Positions 1 through 9,006 of a DNA stretch of 59,684 nucleotides are shown in pieces. The translations under genes and the position numbers were made by a program. How positions within the stretch are numbered: the first letter of the stretch is position 1; each line of letters opens with the position of its first letter. The notes beneath the pieces were generated by a model that saw only the letters and a list, made by a program, of their open reading frames with translations, had not been told where the DNA came from and made no database searches. Location of the stretch: positions 1 through 59,684 of the forward strand of contig CAJBBV010000168.1 in assembly GCA_903951405.1 (NCBI GenBank), read 5' to 3'. This DNA is from an uncultured bacterium. GTDB taxonomy: Bacteria; Bacteroidota; Bacteroidia; Chitinophagales; Chitinophagaceae.

Positions 1-36
1 CCCAACTCCCAACTCCCAACTCCCAACTCCCAACAT
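1..36 (+). repeat. Heptamer tandem array (CCAACTC)x4 + CCAACAT, possibly truncated by the window edge
   Basis: Read directly: c-ccaactc-ccaactc-ccaactc-ccaactc-ccaacat. A one-base variant of the CTAACTC unit seen at 48980 and 58509. Confidence 0.95.
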
Positions 37-46
37 ATTTCTTCCC

Positions 47-54
47 TACCTTTG
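47..54 (+). promoter_or_regulatory. Bacteroidota housekeeping promoter -7 element for fmt
   Basis: TACCTTTG matches TAnnTTTG, 4 nt before the ATG at 59. Confidence 0.7.
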
Positions 55-58
55 CACC

Positions 59-1000
59 ATGCCATCTTTAACAGATTGTCGAATTGTTTTTATGGGAACG
101 CCAGCCTTTGCCGTGGCAACATTAGATAAGCTAGTCCAGGAAGGATGTAATGTCGTAGCTGTAGTTACTGCACCAGATAAGCCTGCAGGAAGAGGTATGC
201 AGCTTTCGCAGAGCGCTGTCAAAACATATGCGATCGAACACCGTCTCCCTGTTTTACAGCCAATCAAGCTCAAAGATCCCGAGTTTCTTTCATCGCTTAG
301 TGCATTACAAGCAGATCTTCAAGTGGTGGTAGCCTTTCGAATGCTTCCTGAAGTGGTATGGAAGATGCCTCCTATGGGAACGTTGAATTTGCATGGATCA
401 CTATTACCGGCCTATCGTGGTGCGGCTCCCATCAATTGGGCAATCATTAATGGAGAAAAGCAAACGGGTGTTACCACCTTTAAATTGAAACAAGAAATTG
501 ATACAGGAGATATATTATTGCAAGACCTAATTCCTATTAGAGACGATGAGACTGCTGGGGAATTGCATGACGAGATGATGTTGATTGGAGCAAATTTGAT
601 GCATAAAACGCTGGAAGGATATTGTGGGCATCATCTAAATCCGCTTCCACAAGATGCAATGACTAATATTCATGGTACTATTCCGGTTGCACCAAAATTG
701 ACAACGGATACCGCACGAATAAATTGGCAATCTTCTGCACACGAAATTTATAATTTAATTCGTGGTCTTTCGCCTTATCCTGCTGCATTTACATCTCTAG
801 AAGGGAAGATGTTGAAAATAGTTAAGGCAACATATGATGATGCTAATGCAACTATTGCCCCTGGAAATTTTGATACAGACGGAAAGTCATATTTGCGATT
901 TAGGGCCTTAAATGGTTGGATTAATATTCTTGAGCTGCAATTAGAAGGAAAGAAAAAAATGGATATTTTATCATTTTTGAGGGGATACCGATTCGCCTAA
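59..1000 (+). CDS. fmt: Methionyl-tRNA formyltransferase
   Basis: Motifs IVFMGTPAFA, VVTAPDKPAGRG, NLHGSLLPAYRGAAPINWAI, IRGLSPYP. Confidence 0.97.
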   Translation: MPSLTDCRIVFMGTPAFAVATLDKLVQEGCNVVAVVTAPDKPAGRGMQLSQSAVKTYAIEHRLPVLQPIKLKDPEFLSSLSALQADLQVVVAFRMLPEVVWKMPPMGTLNLHGSLLPAYRGAAPINWAIINGEKQTGVTTFKLKQEIDTGDILLQDLIPIRDDETAGELHDEMMLIGANLMHKTLEGYCGHHLNPLPQDAMTNIHGTIPVAPKLTTDTARINWQSSAHEIYNLIRGLSPYPAAFTSLEGKMLKIVKATYDDANATIAPGNFDTDGKSYLRFRALNGWINILELQLEGKKKMDILSFLRGYRFA

Positions 1001-1068
1001 ATTGTTTATGAGTTCTAGTGCTTAACGACTTCTGGGCTTTGCCCATGATTTTTGAAAAATAGTAATGT

Positions 1069-2301
1069 ATGAAACAGATTGCTGAGCGGTTTATTCGATA
1101 TGCTAAAATTGATACACAAAGTGATCCTCATAGCGTAACATTTCCTTCAACAGAAAAACAAAAAAATCTCTCACGCTTGCTTGTTAGTGAGCTATTGGCA
1201 CTTGGTGTGTTAGATGCACATCTAGATGAGTTTGGGTATGTATATGCAACTATACCCTCTACTACAAATCATGATGTTCCTGTAGTCTGTTTTTGCGCTC
1301 ATGTTGACACAGCGCCTGATTGCAGCGGAACAGACGTGAAGCCTATCCTTCATGAAAATTATCAAGGGTATCCTATTGTCTTGCCAGATGATCCCGAACA
1401 AATTATTTCCATAGAAGACCATCCCTACTTACAAAAAAAAATTGGCGATGATATTATTACCGCAAGTGGATTGACATTGCTAGGGGCGGATGATAAATCT
1501 GGTGTTGCGATTATTATGCAGTTGGCATATGTTTTGATGAACGACCTTTCTATTTTACATGGTCCGATCAAAATTTTATTCACTCCTGATGAAGAAGTAG
1601 GAAGGGGCGTTGATCATGTTGATATGGAAAAGCTTGGTGCAGAGGTAGCCTATACCCTTGATGGAGGTGAACTTGGTGCGTTGGAAACAGAAAATTTTTC
1701 AGCTGATGGTGTTAGGGTAATTATCCATGGAGTGAGTGCCCATCCTGGATACGCTAAAGGGAAGTTGGTTAATGCCATCAAAATTGCTGGCGAATTTCTA
1801 GATGCGTTGCCGAAGGCATCATTCTCTCCCGAAACAACTACAGGGCGAGAAGGCTTCTTCCATCCTGTTGATATACATGGTAATGCAGAAAAGGCTTCTA
1901 TTGATTTTATTCTACGTGATTTTTCTACGGAGTATTTAAAAGAACACGAAATGCTTCTGGAATCCATTTTGAAGAAGGTAGTTGAGCGGCATCCCAAAGC
2001 ATCTTATGAGTTCACCGTAAAAGAGCAGTATAAAAACATGAAGGTGGTGCTCGACAACCATCCAGAAATTATTCAAAAAGCGGAGAAGGCTATTTTAGCG
2101 TGTGGGTTGCCCTTGCATTCTATCCCTGTTCGGGGCGGTACAGATGGATCGAGGCTTTCATTTATGGGACTTCCTTGTCCTAATATTTTTACTGGAGAGA
2201 TGGCCTTTCATTCGAAGCATGAATTTGTGAGCGTTCAGGATATGGAAAAATCACTCGACGTTTTATTACAGCTTGTAAAAGAATGGGAAAAATGTGACTA
2301 A
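1069..2301 (+). CDS. pepT: Peptidase T (tripeptide aminopeptidase, M20B)
   Basis: Motifs RFIRYAKIDTQSD, AHVDT, LLGADDKSG, FTPDEEVGRG, RGGTDGSRLSFMGLPCPNIFTG. Confidence 0.96.
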   Translation: MKQIAERFIRYAKIDTQSDPHSVTFPSTEKQKNLSRLLVSELLALGVLDAHLDEFGYVYATIPSTTNHDVPVVCFCAHVDTAPDCSGTDVKPILHENYQGYPIVLPDDPEQIISIEDHPYLQKKIGDDIITASGLTLLGADDKSGVAIIMQLAYVLMNDLSILHGPIKILFTPDEEVGRGVDHVDMEKLGAEVAYTLDGGELGALETENFSADGVRVIIHGVSAHPGYAKGKLVNAIKIAGEFLDALPKASFSPETTTGREGFFHPVDIHGNAEKASIDFILRDFSTEYLKEHEMLLESILKKVVERHPKASYEFTVKEQYKNMKVVLDNHPEIIQKAEKAILACGLPLHSIPVRGGTDGSRLSFMGLPCPNIFTGEMAFHSKHEFVSVQDMEKSLDVLLQLVKEWEKCD

Positions 2302-2407
2302 CAAATTGAGAATTTTATCATCTTATTAGTAATTATTGTTGCAACTTCATGCAGAGAGACTCATTGGAGAGCTATTTATTATTAAACATTTGTTCAAACG
2401 AACGCTT

Positions 2408-3112
2408 ATGTTGTTAGAATTTTTACAAATCAATACCGTAGGACAGGCTTTAGGAGATACTTCTTCTGTGACTGCGCTTCAAGCACCATCTAAAGTGATG
2501 CATTTGTGGGATATCCTACAATCTGGCGGCACATTGATGATACCATTAGGTTTGTTATTTGTGCTTGCTCTTTTCTTTTTTTTTGAAAGACATATTGCTA
2601 TTCGAAAAGCAGGGCGTATTGATAGTAACTTTTTATTGATTATTCGTGATCATATAGTAAGTGGAAATATAGTGGCGGCAAGGTCCATGACTAGAAATAC
2701 AGATAATCCGGTTGCTCGAATCATTGACAAGGGAATACAACGTGTTGGCAAGCCAATAGATGCTATCGAAAGAAGCATGGAGAATATTGCACGCTTAGAA
2801 ATGTATAAACTTGAACGCAATTTAAGTGTGCTGAGTGTAATCTCTAGAGCAGCGCCCATTTTTGGATTTGTTGGTACACTAGCCGGACTTATGCAGTTAT
2901 TTTTTGATATCAATTCAACAGGAGAATTTGTATTGAATACAATTGCCGGTGGGTTGTATGTAAAATTAGTGACATCCATATCTGGATTACTGATTGGACT
3001 TGTATCATTTTTGGGGTATAGTTTTCTACATACCCAAATTGATAAAGTTGCCAATAAAATGGAAGTGGCTGCAGCAGATTTTCTTGATATTTTACAGGAA
3101 CCAACTCAATAA
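2408..3112 (+). CDS. exbB: MotA/TolQ/ExbB proton channel family protein
   Basis: Three hydrophobic segments and an APIFGFVGTLAG motif, followed by an ExbD gene. ATG at 2408 preferred over the TTG at 2336. Confidence 0.85.
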   Translation: MLLEFLQINTVGQALGDTSSVTALQAPSKVMHLWDILQSGGTLMIPLGLLFVLALFFFFERHIAIRKAGRIDSNFLLIIRDHIVSGNIVAARSMTRNTDNPVARIIDKGIQRVGKPIDAIERSMENIARLEMYKLERNLSVLSVISRAAPIFGFVGTLAGLMQLFFDINSTGEFVLNTIAGGLYVKLVTSISGLLIGLVSFLGYSFLHTQIDKVANKMEVAAADFLDILQEPTQ

Positions 3113-3121
3113 GTCAGTCAA

Positions 3122-3517
3122 ATGCAGATTAGAAAAAAATATAGAGGCGAGGCTGAAGTGTTTACAGAAGCGTTGAATGATATTTTGTTCATCCTACTTA
3201 TGTTTTTCCTGATTGTTTCTACATTGGCAAATCCAAATGTTATCAGGCTCTCACAACCTAAATCTACTGGAGACACTAAGGCCAAGCAAAATGTCGTCGT
3301 ATCTATTGATTCTCTGACTCAATACTATGTCGGCACCACACCTGTTGCATTAGACTCATTAAAGTCTGTGTTGATTCCCATAATCACTAAAGAAAAAACA
3401 GAAGTGCCTACCATCGTAATTAATGCTGATAAGTCAGTTGATATAGATGCTGTCGTTAGCGTTATGCGAATCGCGAAAGAGCTTGGAGCACGAAGTGTAT
3501 TGTCTGTGCAGAAATAG
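3122..3517 (+). CDS. exbD: ExbD/TolR biopolymer transport protein
   Basis: LNDILFILLMFFLI transmembrane helix with the conserved Asp; INADKSV...VVSVM periplasmic motif. Confidence 0.88.
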   Translation: MQIRKKYRGEAEVFTEALNDILFILLMFFLIVSTLANPNVIRLSQPKSTGDTKAKQNVVVSIDSLTQYYVGTTPVALDSLKSVLIPIITKEKTEVPTIVINADKSVDIDAVVSVMRIAKELGARSVLSVQK

Positions 3518-3522
3518 CTTTG

Positions 3523-4404
3523 TTATAGGGATGAACCTATTTTTCTTGCCGAAATCATTCTGTCCTTTCCCTGAAAGTCTTTTTTGATTGAAACCTCTTC
3601 GAAATCATTTTTCTCTATTAGTTCAGCTACATCTGAAGCATACTCTTCGTGGCTTTCAAAAAAAATCATTCCGCCTCTTTGCATATGATGTGTAGAAAAA
3701 TCTATGATGGCTTTGTAAAATTGTAGCGGATCATTATTGCTTACAAATAACGCTTGATGTGGTTCATGCAATAATACATGGTTAGACATATGTATTTTAT
3801 CGCTTTCAGGAATATAAGGTGGGTTGCTTACAATAATATCAAATGTTGGCAGTGAATCATTTTTGAAATTATTCAATATGTCAAGTTGTTTAGATATGAG
3901 TTCAGTCCTATGTGCTGCAGCATTTTTGTTCGTTACATCCAATGCGCTAAGGCTTTTATCAATTGCCCAGATTTCCCAATCAGGAAATATTTTCTTTAAG
4001 GATATGGCAATGCATCCACTACCCGTTCCAATATCGACTACTCTAATTTGACGTTGGTCTACATTTTTTAGATCTTGGTATTTGTGTTTAATAAGATCAA
4101 CCAGTTCTTCTGTTTCGGGTCTTGGAATGAGTACACGTTCATCTACATAAAAAGAACTTCCCATAAACCATGCCTTGCTTAAAATATATTGAATGGGTTT
4201 ACCCCCTAGCAGTTCCTCTGTGTAGGTATTTAATTTCTCTATTTGACTTTCGTCAAGTAATTTATCTTGATGTATCAGTCTTTTTGAGTGGTCCCACCCA
4301 GTTAGTTCCTCCATTATCCAGTCAGCAATATTTTTTGCTTCCCTGCTATCGTATAGGGGGCTGATGTCTTCGCTAAGTTGATGATATGCTGCTTTAATGT
4401 GCAC
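3523..4404 (-). CDS. prmC: Release factor glutamine methyltransferase
   Basis: Motifs KPIQYI, VLIPRPETEELV, DIGTGSGCIAISL, IVSNPPYI, HEPHQALF. The track starts at 4449, but GTG at 4404 is preferred because TACATTTG lies 3 nt upstream of it. Confidence 0.93.
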   Translation of the reverse strand: MHIKAAYHQLSEDISPLYDSREAKNIADWIMEELTGWDHSKRLIHQDKLLDESQIEKLNTYTEELLGGKPIQYILSKAWFMGSSFYVDERVLIPRPETEELVDLIKHKYQDLKNVDQRQIRVVDIGTGSGCIAISLKKIFPDWEIWAIDKSLSALDVTNKNAAAHRTELISKQLDILNNFKNDSLPTFDIIVSNPPYIPESDKIHMSNHVLLHEPHQALFVSNNDPLQFYKAIIDFSTHHMQRGGMIFFESHEEYASDVAELIEKNDFEEVSIKKDFQGKDRMISARKIGSSL

Positions 4405-4407
4405 GCC

Positions 4408-4430
4408 CAAATGTAAATCAATTAACTTTG
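4408..4430. promoter_or_regulatory. Back-to-back divergent -7 promoter elements (prmC / ribD)
   Basis: Minus-strand TACATTTG at 4415-4408 and plus-strand TAACTTTG at 4423-4430. Confidence 0.55.
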
Positions 4431-4503
4431 CGCTCGTCATCAGAATCATAGAATATCTATCAAAAATGTTTTATGATGTAATTTTCACCATCGTGATTTT
4501 TTT

Positions 4504-5553
4504 ATGGATTTAGACGATGAAATATTTATGGCTCAAGCGCTGTTGATAGCAGAGCAGGGGATTGGACATGTTGCTCCCAATCCTATGGTCGGAGCTTTGC
4601 TCGTGTATAAGGAAGTTGTTATTGGGAGTGGTTATCATCAACGGTTTGGTGAAGCCCATGCAGAAGTAAATTGTTTCAACTCAGTCCAGGATGATCAAAA
4701 ACACTTGATCCCCAAGTCGACACTTTATGTAACCCTTGAGCCTTGCTCCCATCATGGGAAAACGCCGCCTTGTTCGGAGAGGATAATTAAGGAGGGGGTA
4801 AAGCGGGTGGTGGTGGCTACTCAAGATCCACATAGTAAAGTAGATGGCAAAGGAATTAAGCAGCTCGTTGATGCTGGCATTGACGTAAAGATGGGTGTTT
4901 TGTGTGAAGAAGCACGTTTTCAAAACAGGCGATTTTTTTGTTTTCATGAGCGGAGTAGGCCATATGTTATCTTGAAGTGGGCGGAGACTATGGATCGTTT
5001 TATTGGCAATCTAGGTTCAACTCGTTTGTTGATAACGGATGATGAAGTGAACAAGCAAGTTCACCAATGGAGGGCTGAAGAACAAGCGATTCTTATTGGA
5101 ACAGATACTGCATTATTGGATGACCCATCGCTTACAAATCGACTTGCTTCTGGCGCTAGTCCATTGCGTATTGTACTTGATTTCAACCTGCGACTACCAT
5201 TGAATTTGAAAATTTTTCAAGATGGGTTACCAACAGTTGTTATTAATCATGAGCGTGATGATATCTTAGGTTCAGTTCGGTATATCAAAATGCCTAGGGA
5301 GAAAAAATCACTTGCTGATATATTGAATCGACTTTATTCAATGAATATTCAAAGTATACTGATTGAAGGAGGAGCAACATTGCTGACCTCTTTTATTCAG
5401 GGTGAGTTATGGGATGAAATGCGCGTTATTACAAACGAATCTATGCTTATAGGAAAAGGGTTAGCTTCACCAAGAATCCCTAATCACATTCAACCCTCTG
5501 CAGAGATTGTTATAGGGCATAGTCGATTGCATTATTATTATAGATTAACATAA
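4504..5553 (+). CDS. ribD: Bifunctional riboflavin biosynthesis deaminase/reductase
   Basis: Motifs PNPMVGA, HAEV, LYVTLEPCSHHGKTPPC (Zn deaminase), LKWAET, ILIEGG. Confidence 0.96.
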   Translation: MDLDDEIFMAQALLIAEQGIGHVAPNPMVGALLVYKEVVIGSGYHQRFGEAHAEVNCFNSVQDDQKHLIPKSTLYVTLEPCSHHGKTPPCSERIIKEGVKRVVVATQDPHSKVDGKGIKQLVDAGIDVKMGVLCEEARFQNRRFFCFHERSRPYVILKWAETMDRFIGNLGSTRLLITDDEVNKQVHQWRAEEQAILIGTDTALLDDPSLTNRLASGASPLRIVLDFNLRLPLNLKIFQDGLPTVVINHERDDILGSVRYIKMPREKKSLADILNRLYSMNIQSILIEGGATLLTSFIQGELWDEMRVITNESMLIGKGLASPRIPNHIQPSAEIVIGHSRLHYYYRLT

Positions 5554-5559
5554 CGCCTG

Positions 5560-6174
5560 GTGGATCCTAATTTTTTTCAGACTATTGAAAAGGCTACTAC
5601 TGCAGAATTTTCCGATCGAGGAAGTCGTTTTATAGCCTATGCATTTCCTGTGCAATCTATTGATGAGTTTAAAAAAGTATTGCTGCAATTAAAAAAAGAG
5701 CAGCCTAAAGCTTCTCACTTTTGCTTTGGCTATAGAATAGGTGCAGATAGACAGACTTATCGTGTATCAGATGCTGGGGAACCATCAGGTTCTGCAGGGC
5801 GTCCTATTCTTGGACAGATTGATTCAAAAGAATTGACGAATGTATGTGTAATTGTCATTCGATTTTTCGGAGGAACACTACTTGGTATTCCTGGATTAAT
5901 TAATGCGTATAAGAGTTCGGCTTCTATGGCTTTACAGCTTACGCCGTTGATTAAAAAGCCCGTTGAGATATTATATGAACTTGAATTTGATTATACGATG
6001 GTAAATGAAGTCTTAAAAATCATTAGGAGATTTGGGTGTTCTATTTACTCACAAGAAATACAGTTGTTCTGTCATTATGAAATTGGTGTACAGAAATCGA
6101 ACGAATCAGAATGCGTCGATGTATTTAAAGACATTAGTGGGTTTAGTATAAAACAAAAAAGCGATCCAGCTTAA
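5560..6174 (+). CDS. yigZ: YigZ/IMPACT family protein
   Basis: Motifs GSRFIAYAFPV, SDAGEPSGSAGRPIL, IRFFGGTLLG. Confidence 0.9.
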   Translation: MDPNFFQTIEKATTAEFSDRGSRFIAYAFPVQSIDEFKKVLLQLKKEQPKASHFCFGYRIGADRQTYRVSDAGEPSGSAGRPILGQIDSKELTNVCVIVIRFFGGTLLGIPGLINAYKSSASMALQLTPLIKKPVEILYELEFDYTMVNEVLKIIRRFGCSIYSQEIQLFCHYEIGVQKSNESECVDVFKDISGFSIKQKSDPA

Positions 6175-6190
6175 GGCTGGATCGCTTTTT
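6155..6190. terminator. Bidirectional intrinsic terminator
   Basis: A6-GCGATCCAGC-TTAAG-GCTGGATCGC-T5 between convergent genes; overlaps the yigZ stop. Confidence 0.85.
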
Positions 6191-6209
6191 ATATGCTTTA
6201 ATTCGTTGC

Positions 6210-6956
6210 TTATTTTACTGTAGCAGCTTCTTCATCAACCAAAATACGACCACAGTTTTCACAAACGATAATCTTTTTGTGTTGACGTATTTCACTTTGA
6301 CGTTGAGGAGGAATTTCGTTGTAGCAACCACCACAGGCATCCCTAACAACAGGAACAACGGCAAGTCCATTTCTAAAATTATTTCTAATCTTATCAAATG
6401 ATCCTAGTAGTCTTGGGTCTACTGAGGCACGTGCTTTATCTGCAAGTACTTTGTGAGCAGCTTCTTCTTTTTCTGTTTCAGCAATGATTTTATCTAGCTC
6501 ACCTTTTTTTACTTTAAGGTTTGCTTCTTTCGTTGCAATATTCTTTTTAGCAGCATCGAGTATTCTTGCTTTGTCAGAAATTTCTTCATTAGCATCCTTG
6601 ATATGCCTTTCAGCAAGTTTAACCTCTAAGGTTTGCATTTCAAGTTCTTTTGTAATGGCCTCGTACTCGCGATTGTTTTTTACATTATCGCTTTGTTTCT
6701 CATACTTATTGATGAGGTCTGAAGAGGTTGCAATGAGTTGTTTTTTTTGCTCAATGAACTCGTTGATGCCATTAATCTCTTCTTCAATTCTAGTTTCCCT
6801 TGCATGAAGACCAAGTATTTCGTCTTCTAAGTCAGCCACCTCAATCGGCAATTCGCCTTTTAAGATGCTGATTTCATCAAGTTTACTTTCAACTTTTTGC
6901 AAGTTAAGAAGGGAACTGAGCTTTTCTTCTACGGAGTATTCTTTTGCGGTTGCCAT
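6210..6956 (-). CDS. Coiled-coil protein with C4-type zinc ribbon (DUF164/CT398-like)
   Basis: Long coiled coil, then CGGC...CENCGRIL; typically paired with a Nif3 gene. Confidence 0.88.
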   Translation of the reverse strand: MATAKEYSVEEKLSSLLNLQKVESKLDEISILKGELPIEVADLEDEILGLHARETRIEEEINGINEFIEQKKQLIATSSDLINKYEKQSDNVKNNREYEAITKELEMQTLEVKLAERHIKDANEEISDKARILDAAKKNIATKEANLKVKKGELDKIIAETEKEEAAHKVLADKARASVDPRLLGSFDKIRNNFRNGLAVVPVVRDACGGCYNEIPPQRQSEIRQHKKIIVCENCGRILVDEEAATVK

Positions 6957-6962
6957 ATTGAG

Positions 6963-8063
6963 TTATAAAAAGTAATTAACTGGATTGGTATTTACACCTG
7001 ATTTAAGGACGGCAAAGTTAGGGAATTTTTCATTTAGAATGGCTACAAGCCTGTCGGAGGTAAATTGTTCGCTTTCATAATGCCCAATATCTGCCAAAAG
7101 CATCCGCTTTCCTGGCATAAAAAAATCGTGATAACTTAAATCTGCTGTGATGTATGCGTCTACTTTTTTGCTTAATGCATTGTTAATCAATGATTTACCA
7201 GACCCCCCGCATAAGGCAATTTTCCTGATAGTGCGTTTGGTTAATGGATTATGCCTGATGACGCTAGTCTTGAATGTCGATTTAAGGAGGTCTAAAAGTT
7301 GCGGTTCCTCTAGGGATTCTGGTAAATTACCAATTACGCCAGCTCCATATTGGGAAAAAGTATTATCAAGAGATAACAGATCATAGGCAACTGTTTCATA
7401 GGGATGTGCCTTGTGTAAGCCATCCAAGATCTGTTGCTTTAGATGAATAGGGAAGATTATTTCAAGTCGGCTTTCCTTTTCAGTATGCCGCTGTCCTATT
7501 TTCCCAATCCAAGGATTAGCCCCTTCTCTGGGAAGAAATGTTCCCTCTCCGGATGATATAAAACTGCATTCATGATAGTTTCCAATAGCTCCTGCCCCAA
7601 TCGAAAATAAGGCTTCACGAACCGCCTCTAGGTTTTCAATTGGTACGAATGTGACTAATTTTTGATGAGTACTATTCATGGGCGACAAGACCTCGAAGTT
7701 TTTTATGCCTAATCGTTTTGCAATTTCTCCATTCACACCCCATAATACGTTGTCTAAGTTCGTGTGGCAAGCATAAACTGCGATATCAGCCTTAATGGCT
7801 TGTATGAGTAGCAAGGAAGTTAAGTCCTGATGAGAAAGGCGCTTAATTGGCTTAAATATGGGGGGATGATGCAAAATGATAAGTTCTGCTTTTAGTGTTA
7901 TCGCTTCCTGTATTACCTCCTCTGTTAAATCCAAGGCTGCAATCGCCTTGTTTATTGATTTAGTAGGATCGCCGTAAACTAATCCACTATTGTCGTATGA
8001 CTCTTGTAACTGTAACGGAGCAACTGTTTCTAAAACGTTAATTATCTGTTGAAGGCTTTGCAT
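6963..8063 (-). CDS. Nif3-like dinuclear metal centre protein (YqfO-type, with PII-like insert)
   Basis: Motifs QESYDNSGL, HHP, HTNLD, HPYETVAYD, DIGHYESEQF. Confidence 0.92.
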   Translation of the reverse strand: MQSLQQIINVLETVAPLQLQESYDNSGLVYGDPTKSINKAIAALDLTEEVIQEAITLKAELIILHHPPIFKPIKRLSHQDLTSLLLIQAIKADIAVYACHTNLDNVLWGVNGEIAKRLGIKNFEVLSPMNSTHQKLVTFVPIENLEAVREALFSIGAGAIGNYHECSFISSGEGTFLPREGANPWIGKIGQRHTEKESRLEIIFPIHLKQQILDGLHKAHPYETVAYDLLSLDNTFSQYGAGVIGNLPESLEEPQLLDLLKSTFKTSVIRHNPLTKRTIRKIALCGGSGKSLINNALSKKVDAYITADLSYHDFFMPGKRMLLADIGHYESEQFTSDRLVAILNEKFPNFAVLKSGVNTNPVNYFL

Positions 8064-8125
8064 TTATTTCGTTGTTTGTTAGAATTGAAATTACTTTACT
8101 TTTTTAACCTCCTCCTCATACCCTT

Positions 8126-8932
8126 ATGCGAAGATATTTGATCGTTGCCTTTTTACACCTATCTCTTTTCTCTCAATCCCAGAAAATTCAACACGATTGG
8201 GAGAATTATGTGCTAGCAGTAGATGGAAAACCGGTGTCTGTTAATGTTGATCTAGGGTTATCTTCCAAAGCCCCTATAAAGGAGAGGCCCTTTGTTATCA
8301 TCTTGAGAACAAAAATAAAGAATCCAGATACCCAAGGAATGCCGTATCCAGAGGAATATGCCTCTTTGTTAAGTATGGAAGATTCATTGATTTATAATTT
8401 AGGAAAGGAAACTGGAGCCATTTTCACAGGTCGATTTACTCAACGAGGATTAAGGGAGTTTTATTTTTATGCACCAGATACGATTGGTTTTGAAAAAAGT
8501 GTATTTGCCGCAATGGCTAGTTTTTCGGGGTATGAGTGGTTGAGTCAGGCCAAAGAAGATCCAAAATGGGATAATTTTTTTACGGTTTTGTATCCTTCTG
8601 AATTTGAGTTAATTAGAATTTACGGAAGACGTCAAATTGAGCTTATTTTAAAAGATGATGCCAAAAGGTATCAGTCATTTATGGTTCATCATGCATTCAC
8701 GTTCTCTTCATTGAAAGACAGGGAAGATTTTTTAAAAAATTTACCATGGACAGGTTTTGAGATTTTATCCTTGCCTTCAGTGCCAGATATCAAAACCAAC
8801 CTATTCTCTCTAGCGATACAGCGTAAGGCGGTATTATCATTAGAATGGGTTGATCAATTTGTTGCACCATTATATAAAGCAACAAAACGGTATAGTGGTA
8901 AGTATCAAGGTTGGGCACCAATTCTAGAATAA
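8126..8932 (+). CDS. DUF695-domain protein with RraB-like C-terminus and probable signal peptide
   Basis: GMP.PEEYASL..MED, GLREFYFY, EDPKWDNFFTVLYP, C-terminal GKYQGW. Confidence 0.7.
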   Translation: MRRYLIVAFLHLSLFSQSQKIQHDWENYVLAVDGKPVSVNVDLGLSSKAPIKERPFVIILRTKIKNPDTQGMPYPEEYASLLSMEDSLIYNLGKETGAIFTGRFTQRGLREFYFYAPDTIGFEKSVFAAMASFSGYEWLSQAKEDPKWDNFFTVLYPSEFELIRIYGRRQIELILKDDAKRYQSFMVHHAFTFSSLKDREDFLKNLPWTGFEILSLPSVPDIKTNLFSLAIQRKAVLSLEWVDQFVAPLYKATKRYSGKYQGWAPILE

Positions 8933-9006
8933 GCTTGACTTATTTGTCATTTACTTGGTAAATTTGTAGAATTATAATTCACTAACAGGGGCAACCAGTA
9001 TAATAC

